Part shown: in pieces, positions 7,910-19,900 of the stretch
How positions within the stretch are numbered: the first letter of the stretch is position 1
Layout: each line of letters opens with the position of its first letter
Source of the DNA: Penicillus capitatus
Taxonomy: Eukaryota > Plantae > Chlorophyta
Assembly (NCBI GenBank): GCA_965649825.1
Contig: OZ287708.1
Coordinates: forward strand, 153,201-217,200
Direction of reading: 5' to 3'
Length of the DNA stretch: 64,000 bases
Notes under the pieces: model-generated
What the model was told of the DNA's origin: nothing
Database searches by the model: none
What the model saw: the letters and a program-made list of their open reading frames with translations, nothing else
Program-made: the position numbers and the translations under genes

Positions 7910-9905
7910 GACAGCCAAACATCAGGGAAGCCGCCATGGCCGCCTTTACTGGCGGCCAGAGCGGTGGGTTGGCCTCCAGAACCGGCCAGAAAGGTGAATA
8001 GGCCGCCATTGCTGCCTCGAGTGACAGCGAGAGTGGTCGGTAGAGTGCCATGGCTGCCACTACTGGCAGCCAGAGCGTTGGGGTTGGCCTTCAGTGACGG
8101 CCAGATGTGAGTCGGCCGCCATTGCCGCCTCAACTGGCGGCCAGAGCCTCAGGTAGGGCGGCGCCCTGGCTGCCTCCACTGGCAGCCAGAGCGTTGGGCT
8201 GGTCGCCCATTGCTGCCTCGAGTGGCAGCGAGAGATCAGGTAGAGTGCCCTGGCTGCCTCCACGGGCAGCCAGAGCCGAAGGATGGCCTTCGTCGACGGC
8301 CAGATGATTGTCGGCCGCCATTGCCGCCTCCACTGGCGGCCAGAGCGTTGGGTCGGTTTCCAGCGACGGCCAGATGATTGTCGGCCGCCATTGCCGCCTC
8401 CACTGGCGGGCAGAGCATCAGGTAGGGTGCCCTGGCTGCCTCCACTGGCAGCCAGAGCGTTGGGCTGGTCGCCCATTGCTGCCTCGCGTGGCAGCGAGAG
8501 ATCAGGTAGGGTGCCCTGGCTGCCTTCACGGGCAGCCAGAGCGGAAGGATGGCCTCCGGTGACGGCCAGATGTGAGTCGGCCGCCATTGCCGCCTAAACT
8601 GGCGGCCAGAGCCTCAGGTAGGGCGGCGCCCTGGCTGCCTCCACTGGCAGCCAGAGCGTTGGGCTGGTCGCCCATTGCTGCCTCGAGTGGCAGCGAGAGA
8701 TCAGGTAGAGTGCCCTGGCTGCCTCCACGGGCAGCCAGAGCCGAAGGATGGCCTTCGTCGACGGCCAGATGATTGTCGGCCGCCATTGCCGCCTCCACTG
8801 GCGGCCAGAGCGTTGGGTCGGTTTCCAGCGACGGCCAGATGATTGTCGGCCGCCATTGCCGCCTCCACTGGCGGGCAGAGCATCAGGTAGGGTGCCCTGG
8901 CTGCCTCCACTGGCAGCCAGAGCGTGAGGGTTGGCCTCCAGCGACGGCCAAATGAGTGTCGGCCGCCATGGCCGCCTCCACTGGCGGCCAGAGCATCAGG
9001 TAGAGTGCCCTGGCTGCCTCCACTGGCAGCCAGAGCGTTGGGCTGGTCGCCCATTGCTGCCTCGAGTGGCAGCGAGAGATCAGGTAGAGTGCCCTGGCTG
9101 CCTCCACGGGCAGCCAGAGCCGAAGGATGGCCTTCGTCGACGGCCAGATGATTGTCGGCCGCCATTGCCGCCTCCACTGGCGGCCAGAGCGTTGGGTCGG
9201 TTTCCAGCGACGGCCAGATGATTGTCGGCCGCCATTGCCGCCTCCACTGGCGGGCAGAGCATCAGGTAGGGTGCCCTGGCTGCCTCCACTGGCAGCCAGA
9301 GCGTTGGGCTGGTCGCCCATTGCTGCCTCGCGTGGCAGCGAGAGATCAGGTAGGGTGCCCTGGCTGCCTTCACGGGCAGCCAGAGCGGAAGGATGGCCTC
9401 CGGTGACGGCCAGATGTGAGTCGGCCGCCATTGCCGCCTAAACTGGCGGCCAGAGCCTCAGGTAGGGCGGCGCCCTGGCTGCCTCCACTGGCAGCCAGAG
9501 CGTTGGGCTGGTCGCCCATTGCTGCCTCGAGTGGCAGCGAGAGATCAGGTAGAGTGCCCTGGCTGCCTCCACGGGCAGCCAGAGCCGAAGGATGGCCTTC
9601 GTCGACGGCCAGATGATTGTCAGCCGCCCATTGCCGCCTCCACTGGCGGCCAGAGCGTTGGTTAGGCCTCGAGTGACGGCCGGATGTGAGTCGGCCGCCT
9701 TGGCTGCCTCCAGTCGCGGCCAGAGCATCAGGTAAGATGCCCTGGCTGCCTCCACTAACGGCCAGAGCGTTTGGTCGGCCTCCAGTGACGGCCAGATGTC
9801 AGTCGGCCGCCTATGGCTGCCTCCACTGGCAGCCAGAGCGTGAGGGTTGGCCTCCAGCGACGGCCAAATGAGTGTCGGCCGCCATGGCCGCCTCCACTGG
9901 CGGCC
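7910..9905. repeat. Hairpin-monomer array type B with higher-order repeats
   Basis: ~36-42 bp monomers containing CTGGC(T/C)GCC-TCCACT-GGC(A/G)GCCAG. The marker CCAGATGTGAGTCGG recurs at 8101, 8566 and 9410. Confidence 0.95.
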
Positions 9906-10770
9906 AGACGTCAGAGTGACGCCTCCATGTGTCTCTTGCGGCGGCCAGACATCAGGTGGACGCCTGTCTTTGTCTCCGGCAGCGGCCAGACGTCAGGTGA
10001 ACTCCTTGACCGCCTCTTTCTCTGGCGGCGGAAAGACTTCAGAGTGACGCCTCTCACTCTCCGGCGACGGCCAGACGTCAGGTTTGACGCCTGTCTCTCT
10101 CTCTCCGGCGGCGGAAAGACGTCAGAGTGACGCCTGTCTCTCTCTTCGGCGGCGGCCAGACGTCAGGTTGGACGCCTGTATGTGTCTCCGGCGGCGGAAA
10201 GACGTCAGGTTGGACGCCTGTTTGTGTCTCCGGCGGCGGAAAGACGTCAGAGTGACGCCTCTCTCTCTCTTCGGCGGCGGCCAGACGTCAGGTTGGACGC
10301 CTGTTTGTGTCTCCGTCGGCGGAAAGACGTCAGAGTGACGCCTGTCTCCTTCTCTGGCGGCGGTGAGACGTCATGTGGACGCCTGTCTCCTTCTCTGGCG
10401 GCGGTGAGACGTCAGGTGGACGCCTCTTTGTGTCTCTGGCGGCTATGAGACGTCATGTGGACGCCTGTCTCCTTCTCTGGCGGCGGTGAGACGTCATGTG
10501 GACGCCTGTCTCCTTCTCTGGCGGCGATGAGACGTCATGTGGACGCCTTATTGTGTCTCTGGCGGCGGTGAGACGTCATGTGGACGCCTCTTTGTGTCTC
10601 TGGCGGCGGTGAGACGTCAGGTGGACGCCTTATTGTGTCTCTGGCGGCGGTGAGACGTCAGGTGGACGCCTTATTGTGTCTCTGGCGGCGGTGAGACGTC
10701 AGGTGGACGCTTTATTGTGTCTCTGGCGGCGGTGAGACGTCAGGTGGACGCCTCTTTGTGTCTCGGGCGG
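9905..10770. repeat. Array type C: variable 37-40 bp units, then ~10 copies of a 41-bp unit
   Basis: TCTCTGGCGGCGGTGAGACGTCA(G/T)GTGGACGCC repeated with 41-bp period from about 10350. Confidence 0.95.
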
Positions 10771-10849
10771 CGGCCGGACAATGGGTGGGGCCCAGACGAC
10801 GGTCTTCAGCAGCATCAAGAGCGGCAAACAGATTGTCTGTGACGGTCAC

Positions 10850-11860
10850 CAGCAGCTGCTAGACATCAGTTAGGGCGAAGACGACGGAGGTCCAATGACA
10901 GCAGCGCAGATAACAAATCATCCTTGGAGGTCTCCAGCATCCATTGACAGCAGCGCATCCAACAGATCATCCATGAGGGCCTCCAGCATCCAATAACAGC
11001 AGAAGCGACAAATAGAGCATGTGAAACGGCCTCCAGTAGCCGCCTTACGTCAAGTAGGCAATCGTCAAATGTTTCCAATTGCAGCAGAGCAAATAACAGA
11101 TCAACCCAGACTGCTTTCTACCTCCAATGACGGCATATAGATCACCATGAGGCCGTCCATCCTCCAATCACAGAAGGTAGTACATAGTCTACTCCAGCCT
11201 CCGACAGCAGCAGTACAGCAGGTAGATCATCCGAGTCGGCCTCCAGCATCCAACAACAGCAAGTAGAACATATGTGTCGGCCTTAGGGCCTCCATCAGCG
11301 GCCAGTCAGCAAATAGATCGTCCGGGATGTTTCTAGCCAACCTCCAGTCACTGGAACCAGCAAACTGATCAGCCATGACGGTTTCTAGCCTTTCAATCAC
11401 AGCAAGCAGAACATCAATGACAGCCTCCGTTCGCAGCAATACGGCAGGTAGATCATCCGAGTCGGCCTCCAGCATCCAACAACAGCAAGTAGAACATCCA
11501 TGACTGCCCTCAGCCTCCAATCACTGCAACCAGCAAACTGATCATCCATGACGGTTTCTAGCCTTTCAATCACAGCAAGCAGAACATCAATGACAGCCTC
11601 CGTTCGCAGCAATAAGCACTAAGACATCTGAGACAGTTTCCAGCCTCCAATGGCAGCAGGTAGACAATCCTAACGGCTTTGTCCATCCAGTCACAACAGA
11701 GCAGCGAGTAGATCATGTGAGACATCGTCCAGCATCTAATGGCAGCAATACTACAGCAGTAAGTCATCCATGAAGGCTTCAATCCAGCCACCATCCAGCC
11801 TCTAATCACAGTAGGGCAACAAATTGATAAACGGAGATACCTCCAGCCAGCCCCAGTCAC
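10850..11860. repeat. Decayed type-A repeat tract
   Basis: Recurrent GCCTCCA(G/A), CAGCAG and AGATCATCC motifs with local duplications (11340-11450 vs 11500-11610). Homologous to 31990-32950 and 54380-55090. Confidence 0.7.
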
Positions 11861-12095
11861 TGAAGATATTGCACCACAGCCTCCAAGTAAAACACCGAAT
11901 GCGCTTCGACAGCCTCCGGGCAAAAAAGCAGCTAACACAGAGCCAACCACAACAAAGCGGAGGTGGAATGGCAGAGAAACAGCAAAAGAAAGAAAACAGC
12001 CTTTTATTCTTTATTCTTTGATTCTTTATTTTTTTTATTTTTTTGTTTTTTTACCACCAAAGAAAACAGCTTGTAAAATTCAAAGAAATCTGGCC

Positions 12096-13331
12096 CTATT
12101 CATGCCAGTTCTGGATAGCAACCTACACAAGAAACAAAGCATAAGAGTGAACAAAATAGAGATGACGACTTACGCATTGCCCCGACATAAAAAACAGACG
12201 TTGCGGGATGACTGGGGGGCAGATGGTGATGCACTCTCCAGACATAAAAAACGGACGGGGAGGAAATCCTGGTCGTCTGACCGGAAAAATTGAGTTGCGG
12301 GGAGGGATGGGGGGAGGTTGCCGGAGGGAGAAACGCGATGTCCGCTGAGGGAAGGGAGTTGGACGAGCCGGGAGGGAGAAAAAACATGGACGAGAAGGAA
12401 TTATGGGACAGGGATCTGCAGGAATGCAGAACACTTGCGGACGAGGAGGAAATAGGGGAGATTGTGTCTGCTGAAGACAGGGCGGGGAAAGGGTGGGCTG
12501 TGGATAGGGGGAAGGAGACCACTCCATCTGGGGAGGCTGGCAGGCTGTCGGCTGGGCATACTGTGACATAGGAGGAGGTGTGGCCGGCTCGGAGGACGCT
12601 GGCGGCGCTGCGGACCACTCCATGTGGTGAGACTGGGCAGCGTGTGACGCTGGCGGCTGGTCAGGCTGCGAGTCTGGAGGAGGAGGGCCCGGTTGAGAGG
12701 CTGGCAACGTCTCGGCTGTCGACGTGGCCGGCTGGGCAGGCTGCGGCGCGGAACTCTGAGAGGCGGCATGCTGCGAAGCCAGCGGCGGCATGCCATGCTG
12801 CTCGGAGGGAGATTGCTGCTGGGCGGGCGGCGGCTGAGCAGCAGGCTGGCCCTCTTGGGCCAACCGCGCTTGCCTCTCCGCAGCTGAGAGGACCCTAGCC
12901 CGCCGACCAGACCGCGGCTGTGGGGTTTGGACCCTATTGGGTCCAAACCGCACAGGAGGGGTCTGCGCATCGATGTGCGCTTGACCCCTCTGCGCAGTTG
13001 TTCGGGCTTTTAGGTCCCAATACAACTGCGCACGCGCGGCCTCGTCCATGCCCTCGAAGGCCCTGGGCGGGTGGCTTCCCAGGACCTCCCTCAACGTGAC
13101 TTGGGCAAAACTAGGAACACACAGTGGTTAGAGATCAGTCGAAGAAGAGTTCGTCGAAACGTCGCGCGCTGCAGAGCTTTTCGACTGCAGCCGGACGCAT
13201 GCGTGTTCATGGAGAGTCCAGCCGCAGTCGAAAGGCTCTGCAGCGCGCGACGTTTCGACGAATGGCCAGTGGACTCACGGTCTGTCAGGATATCCATAGT
13301 CCTCTTCTGTGAACATGCGTGCGTCAGCCAT
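12096..13331 (-). CDS. Novel proline-rich protein, copy U1 (338 aa; exons 13331-13279, 13110-12174, 12122-12096)
   Basis: MADARMFTEEDYGYPDRP, GTGAG donor, CCTAG acceptor, last exon VAIQNWHE*. Spliced length 1017 nt is in frame. Confidence 0.85.
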
Positions 13332-13599
13332 TGTCTTCTTCTCTTGAGCACTGGAAAACAGGAAGGCGAGAGTTCAAACAACTCGACAGTGCGGAAGGGT
13401 CTGTGACAGGACCTTTATAGCCGCGTCGGTTGCCGAGCGCGGCCTGCGGGTGGCGGCTGTGAACCGTGACCGTTTGGCGGCGCTGCATGCGCCGCCGGAC
13501 AAACGATCGGCCGTCAGACCTCTAGAAGCGCAGAGTACTGTCGTCGGGATGCGCGTCGCGAAAGGGAGAGCACTTCTGAAAGCTTTTCTAAGTGTTTTA

Positions 13600-15395
13600 C
13601 AGAAGAAATTTCTTACAGTTTGTCCATGTGCTCCGCTCTGAGTGTAACGCGCATGCGTTCTCTGCGGCTGTTCCGACGCGATTCTGCGAACGGCCAACCG
13701 CTCGAGCCAGCTCCGCGTTGCCTGGGCAGAGGAACGCGGTGGGCGTTCTCTTTCGCAGGAGCGGAACGGACTCTGCGTCTGGACGACCGTCTGCTCCGGG
13801 CGTCTCCGTCGCAAACGCCGTCGACAGGGCGATCTGCGCGGTGTAACGCGAGTCGGTTCCAGGAGTTGGCGTGGGCCCTAACTCCCTCGAACATGGAAGG
13901 CGGAACCGACGACGCCTTCTGCGAGGGCCAGACGGCCACGGAGTCGTCGTTTTAGTTAATGCTCGCGCACAGCCTCGAGGGAGTGCCTTAGAGGACACCG
14001 TTCGCTCCGATCGGCGAAGTCGGTCGCGTTGTGTGGCTGCTGTGCAAGATTGCTGCTCTGTCTGCGAAGCCATAGATCGGGCAGTTTTGCAGACAACCTG
14101 TCTGATGGCGCTGTCGATCGCAGTCGAGGCCAGTCGCGATCCGATGCCATCGCCTTCTTTATTTCCGGCGTGTTCCACAGTGCAGAGCGCACCAAAGGGG
14201 TGAATTGCCACTAGAAAGCGATGGTATGCTGCTGCATCCTTATCGGAATCGACCATGACGTTCTTTTCTAGTGTCTGGCGAGTTCTGAGGCTATGGTGGC
14301 TGTGACGGAGAACGTCCGTCTTCTGTTCGGAGACCACATGTCGAACATCTCTGTAATGAAAGACGAACAACTGCCACCGAGTGTTCTGCGCGCGCGGGGC
14401 GTTCCTGGACGATGTCGTCAGTGCTGTCCGCGTGCTCTTGGACAGTAAGTGCACTGTGGAATGCATAAACGGCAGAGACTGTAGTCACACCTGCTCTTGG
14501 CCCTGCCGTTCGGACCAGCGACTCGGCATTACTCACCGAGCGCCAAGATGCGTGTCGACGTCGGCGCGTTGGATCGATATCGAGGAATGCATTCGCATAA
14601 CAAAGCGTCCTCAAAACAACGGTGCTAGAGAGAACGCACACTGAGTGACGCGCTCTGTAGACGGTAAAACGATTTCAGATGAGAGAGAGTTTGCTCGCGA
14701 CGAATGGGCGCGCCAACGGAGTGCGACTGTCCGCTCCTCGATTCTTTCGGCTGCCAAATCGTGGCGAGCTAGAAGGGGATGATGCCTGTCGTGGATTCAG
14801 TCCCTACCTTCCGACGCAGCTGCGCGAGCACGATGCTCAGAGAGCTGACGGACGTGGATTCGACGCGCGAATGCGCGTCAAGTACTCTGCCTTGCCACTG
14901 CCGTGCGTCGTTCTGGACTGTGGCAGCTGCCCGCCGTCAGTTTCATCGTCCTCCTCACTGCTGTCAGTGATCTCTCAACGCATCCATCCGCGCAGCGCGC
15001 TGTACGCCTGAGCATCTTGCGCTTTGCGTCTGTGCCTTTCCCTTTAATTAAATCCGAGTTGTGCCTGGGTACCTTTATTTGCGCTTGTTCTTCAGAAAGC
15101 AGTAGTCCAGTGCAAGCATCTTAATCTATCACTGTACAACAGAAGGCCGGCTAGGAAAGAAGACATCGCCGTTCGCCAAACAACAAGTTGTCTTCTCCTC
15201 GACACGACGACGGCAACAGACGACTGAGCTGCAGCGCATTCCACGCCTAGGACAGCTCGCTCGCAGACGTGACCAGGTTCCGTTTTATTCAGCAACCGAT
15301 ATATCACTGGGCGGAGCACGAGGGAAAGAGCGAACTCTGAACACGCGACGCGCGTCGGCAGCCGCCGCCACAGTCGTGATCCTGTCAGGAGATGC
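13600..15395 (-). pseudogene. Degenerate intron-containing gene X, head-to-head with NDUFA6
   Basis: MHLLTGSRLWRRLPTRVA... start, splice-like boundaries and protein-like segments (ITDSSEEDDETDGG; FGALCTVEHAGNKEGDGIGSRLASTAIDSA), with stops and frameshifts that differ among the paralogues at 28380-29640, 38780-39550, 51055-52340 and 3050-3800. Confidence 0.4.
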
Positions 15396-15460
15396 ATGCT
15401 CATCTTGCCGTAGAGCATTTTGAAGATTCGTCAGGCGTTGCATTACGGTCGCCGCCGAGA

Positions 15461-16089
15461 ATGGCCACTGGAAAAATCATCGCTCGTCTCAAGAACGCGA
15501 CGCCGATCGCCGTCGCTTCTCCGACCTCCGCCAGCGTCACGGACTTCTTCCGAGCGGTCGGCATCTCTCCGTGACGCGCCTACACCAACCACCCTGTGCT
15601 TCTTGCCTTCCAGTGCTGCCGCTGCGTTCCTTACGTTCTGCAGGCGTATCAGCTCGATGAAGTGGCAACGCCTCCAGTCGTGCGCAAGAAGATCGCGCAG
15701 AAAATCAGAGACCATGCTCACGTGAAGGACACACGAGTACATGTCCCTGCCCACGACTGCCACTGTCATGCTCGTCTGCATTAGGCCATCAGCAACCTTC
15801 TCGTGAAAGGCAACGAGGAGCTTTCGGTACACCGCACGCCTTGAGTTCTCACTCTTTACCTGACCGAACGTGTGACTGTAGCTGATCATGAATCACTTCA
15901 AGCAGAGACACCACCTGGTATGGGAAACGATTGGAGCGAGTGGATTGAATGGCTGTCGCGGTGCAGATGGCGGAGTATGTCGATACCATGGGAAAGCCAA
16001 AACTCGTTGTCAAGAAGTCGACGGACTCGCCTTTCCTGCAGCAGTTCTACCAATCGAACTACGCCCACCGCAAAGAGCTGCTGTCATGA
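15461..16089 (+). CDS. NDUFA6: Complex I subunit B14/NDUFA6 (LYR family), 139 aa, 5 exons (15461-15556, 15614-15736, 15785-15826, 15882-15917, 15967-16089)
   Basis: The spliced product contains DFFRACCRCVPYVLQAYQLDEV...AISNLLVKGNEEL...FKQRHHL...SPFLQQFYQSNY, matching plant/algal B14 hallmarks. All introns are GT-AG and phase 0. Confidence 0.85.
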
Positions 16090-16260
16090 GGCAGTTCCAC
16101 TGATCAATGGACACTGTATCTGTCTGTCGGTCGTTTAACGAGGGCGCGGCTGTAAGGAAACAGATTTCCTGGATGTCCCTTTGATATTACATCGAGATCC
16201 AGACTGTTTTTCGCGACAGAAGAGAAACGACGGGTACCATCTTCGATACGACTGGACCCA

Positions 16261-16698
16261 TCACGTCCTCCACAACATACGCACGCGTGCTGTGTAACGG
16301 GAGGCCTCTTTGTGAAAACGAGCGGCCGTCGCTGCGTCTTCCATCTGGACAAGGACGACAGAGATCTCGCATCCAAGAGCCGTGCCATCAAAAAGAGGCA
16401 GAGGTACTTTCAGAATGTAGGTTCTGTTGATGATCATCATTCTGGGACTGATGCCCTTGAGGATCTGGCATGTCTCGTCGAGGCACAGTTCCAGCAGCAC
16501 TGTGCCGTCTTCCGTACGAAACACCATGTGTCCCGCATCGTCCGACGCTGCGTAAAGGCAGATGTGTCCATCTGCTAGTGCCTGCGGCGGCCAGGGCCAC
16601 CGCACTTGGCACAACTGGACGGCAGCCGTCCACGAGAGACGATGGTCTCCGTCGCGAAAACCCTCTTCTATAGCCAGCAGACACAACACATTCGCCAT
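16261..16698 (-). CDS. Hypothetical protein divergent from PEX1 (probably spliced)
   Basis: 145-aa ORF, kept open (142 aa) in the duplicate at 49749-50177. No family recognised with confidence. Confidence 0.45.
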   Translation of the reverse strand: MANVLCLLAIEEGFRDGDHRLSWTAAVQLCQVRWPWPPQALADGHICLYAASDDAGHMVFRTEDGTVLLELCLDETCQILKGISPRMMIINRTYILKVPLPLFDGTALGCEISVVLVQMEDAATAARFHKEASRYTARVRMLWRT

Positions 16699-16982
16699 TT
16701 GCCGTGTTTTCGGAGCACTTCCTGCGACCTGTGCCTGGCGGAGATGTTATTTCTGGTGTGCCGCCTCTGATTCGAACGCTCTTCTCGTCTCTTTTCTCCC
16801 CGGAGTCGTCACGTGGACACGCGCGTTTCAGCGTTTGCGGCTTCGAAGGCGATGCGGTCTTCTCGATACCACCCAACATCGATCCAGCGATTCTGGCGTA
16901 ACCATCGTACGCATCTCTTCGACGACATCAGCTGTCGTACAGTGTCTCCGCGCGAGGACACCCTCATTCAACGTATCTTCCC

Positions 16983-19900
16983 ATGGAGTAAGTCGACGGA
17001 GCCAAGCGTCTGCAGAGATTTGTCCGTCTGTAGTCCTTTGCATGTGAGATGCGTGGACCGCCATGACTGTTGGGTTGCTCTCCCGGCCAGTGTTGCTCAT
17101 CAGATTGTATCGGCTCATGATTCCGAGCCCTTTCCTTTTGTTCTCAATCTCTGCAGCGTCGGACTCGTCAAACGCATAGGACTGGTGTGCTGGACAGGAG
17201 ATATCATCCATACGCACGATACTCTGGAGCTATCCACCAGTCTCGCTGCAGTGCTGGAATTGGAGGATGACCAAGCCATCACCATTCAAGCACGCCACCC
17301 CCTTGTCCAAAAACAGCACTTCTGAGGGTCATGATGTGATAGATGGTGCGCAAGGTCGCCGCGGCTGAAAAGGTGACGTTGCAATGTGTCACTCCATTTG
17401 ACTATGAATTGCTTCGCCTTGAGCATGAGTATTTTGAAGATTCTATTCTAACACAGGGAGCTGTTGTTGTGATTCAGCAACTGCTTCCTGTGTGGCTTCG
17501 ACAGCAGTCTACACCGATTCATTTAAAACCATTGAACATCGTCCCTGCCACTGTGCCCTTTGCTCTGATGACGGTGAACACAGAACTGGAGATCGAGATC
17601 TGTCCAGGAGTGATCGGAACCGTCGGACCACAGAAGGATGCACAGGGACACGACCGTCTGCCGTCCGAAATTATGGAAGCACCTTCGGACAGCGAATACC
17701 TGTCGCCTAATGGTTCATCGACGACGAATGGCTACCGCACACCTTTTGCACAATCGCAGGAAGGTGATGCGATCTCTCTCCTGAGTTGCTCGCGATGGGA
17801 TGATCTGTGCAGGAAGTCAGGGATCTTCGCAGAAGATGAAGAGGAAGCCATGTGAACTGCGACTGCAACGGAACACGAAGGAGGTGGATCTGTTGCTCAG
17901 AGCAACCGTCAAGCTGGATGTCCGCTGCGATCGGCATCTGGAGTTTATGGAACCGCTATGCGAAATGAGATCGTTACTGTACGACACTTGGTTTGCAGAG
18001 GGACTCCGTATCTCAACGCCCATCACTACAGTGCTTCTGTTGGAGTCCTCTGCAGCTGCGCAACTGGAATGCGGAGTCGGTGATTTTGTGATCGTTTCGA
18101 AGAAGAAAATGAGCAGCAGCAACTCTTCGATGTCTTCGGATATGACCGTGTTGAGAGTTTTCTTTCATGCTGCAGTTGCAAACGGACATTGTATGATGAG
18201 CGAAGAAGTCGCATCGCAGATCGGTGCATCGTATTGTTCCAGAATCTTTGTCACGAAGGCATTGCCCGGAAGGATGTTGAAATCGGAGCTCGTCCATATC
18301 ACTATTCAACCAGTCCATCCTCAACTGTCTCGACCCACTGAAGAGTTTTCCATCAAAGATTCGTCTACGGATGAGAGCGAAGACGAGCATACCGAAACAG
18401 GAGCTGCCTATCTGAAGAGTGTGCTTTCACCGTTGATGAATGTCGAGATCTTTACGAAGCCACAGGGCAAAACGGATGATCCATCGCACAGCTCCTATAT
18501 CAAGCAGACGGCACAAAAGGCAGTAGAGTACTGCTCGAAGATTGCCCCCGCTGCCATCGAGAGTGTGATGGAGCGGCTTCCAGTGTTCAAACGGATAGCC
18601 AGTGAGGAAGCCGAAGACACAAAGAGACTGGAGGTCTTTCTGAAAGCTCTGGTAGCGTGTTGGGTCGAAGCTCAACTTGAAGGATCGTGGAATGCCGATG
18701 CACTCTTCCGTCATCAAAGCAGTGACGATCGACATCTGTCTGATCACCATGGGCATCCTCAACACTTTGAGCACTTCTGCTTCTCGCCCAAATGCCTTTT
18801 GCATTTCACTGTCGAAGGAAAGGGAGAGAAGAGCACAAAGATGATGTTCAGTTTCAATCATGGGGAGAATGGGATCCTGAGTGAGGGTGCACTCATGTCG
18901 AAAATGGATGTTTGGTATGCGATGCGGCGAAATCACTGTTCGACCAGTATTGCTCCCGTGAGACGTTTGCCAATGGAGGCGCCCGAAACGATGCCGTCAA
19001 CCTTTTTAAATCATCGGATGCCTCCCTGGCTCGAGACACTGTTAGTTGAATGCACTCAGTTCCTGAAGCCTGCGCTCGATCTCAAGGATCGAGATGGCTC
19101 TGTCAGAGGAATGACGGTGGGTGTCATGCTCTCCGGGACCAAAGAGAGCGGCAAGACCAGTTTTGCCAGTGGTGTTTGTCAGAAGCTCGTGGAAGATTCC
19201 CGGTTTCTGGCCCACGTCACCTACATTCCCTGTCGTTCTTTATGGTCTGTCATGAAACAGAGCTTCAACAAATTCTCGAAGTGTGAAGCAAAGATCTTCC
19301 AGCGTGTCCAAGAGGCCCTCGTTGCATCTCCCAGTATTCTTGTGTTTGATGATCTGGACAGCTGGTGTGCAGCAGCAGAAGATGGCATGTCACTTTTCAC
19401 CATCAATTCTGTCAGAAAACGAGCAGTGATGATGATTCGAGACATTGTGGAACGCGTCCGTGCCACAGGTATGCCTCCTCCCAACGCACAGATTCAGGGT
19501 GTCTGCAGAGATGATCCTGTGCAGGAGCTCCAGTTGCCTTTCTCGCGACATGCACAAGTCTCAAGGATGTGGATGAGTCTCTCTGCCAGGCTGGATTCTT
19601 TGATTGCCATTTGCAGATGCCAGACCTCACATCTCCTATTCGCGCCGAAATGATGCAATATCTCTTTCATCAAAACAAAGTCGAGCTACATCCAAAGGCC
19701 CTTCAGGTGAGCTCTCGCCTACAGCTCGCTGTTCATTTGAGGAATGCACTCGTGTACTAGGGGATGTCTCAATGGGATGCTGGGTTTGAGTATGCCGATC
19801 TGGAACGTCTTGTCAGTCGGGCACTGCATTCGCATGTACGCAGCGCCGATCGAGATGACACCGTTATCACAGAGAAAGACATCGAAACGGCGTTGGATAC

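Larger units (their letters stand above)
6884..16263 (-). mobile_element. Cassette copy U1 (candidate non-autonomous gene-capturing element); its far end runs without a break into the NDUFA6-PEX1 locus
   Basis: Same module order as U2-U4 but inverted: terminal ~750 bp, array B, array C, decayed array A, Pro-rich gene, degenerate gene X, NDUFA6. No transposase seen. Confidence 0.5.

Noticed and set aside
7863-10448. Many overlapping ORFs in the arrays (PWLPPLAARA, MEAAMAAD and LLLLDAHDDL repeats; also 42039-45845 and 55686-57142)
   Set aside because: They are open in several frames on both strands because the monomers lack stops. Monomer lengths shift frame and nothing is conserved between copies.
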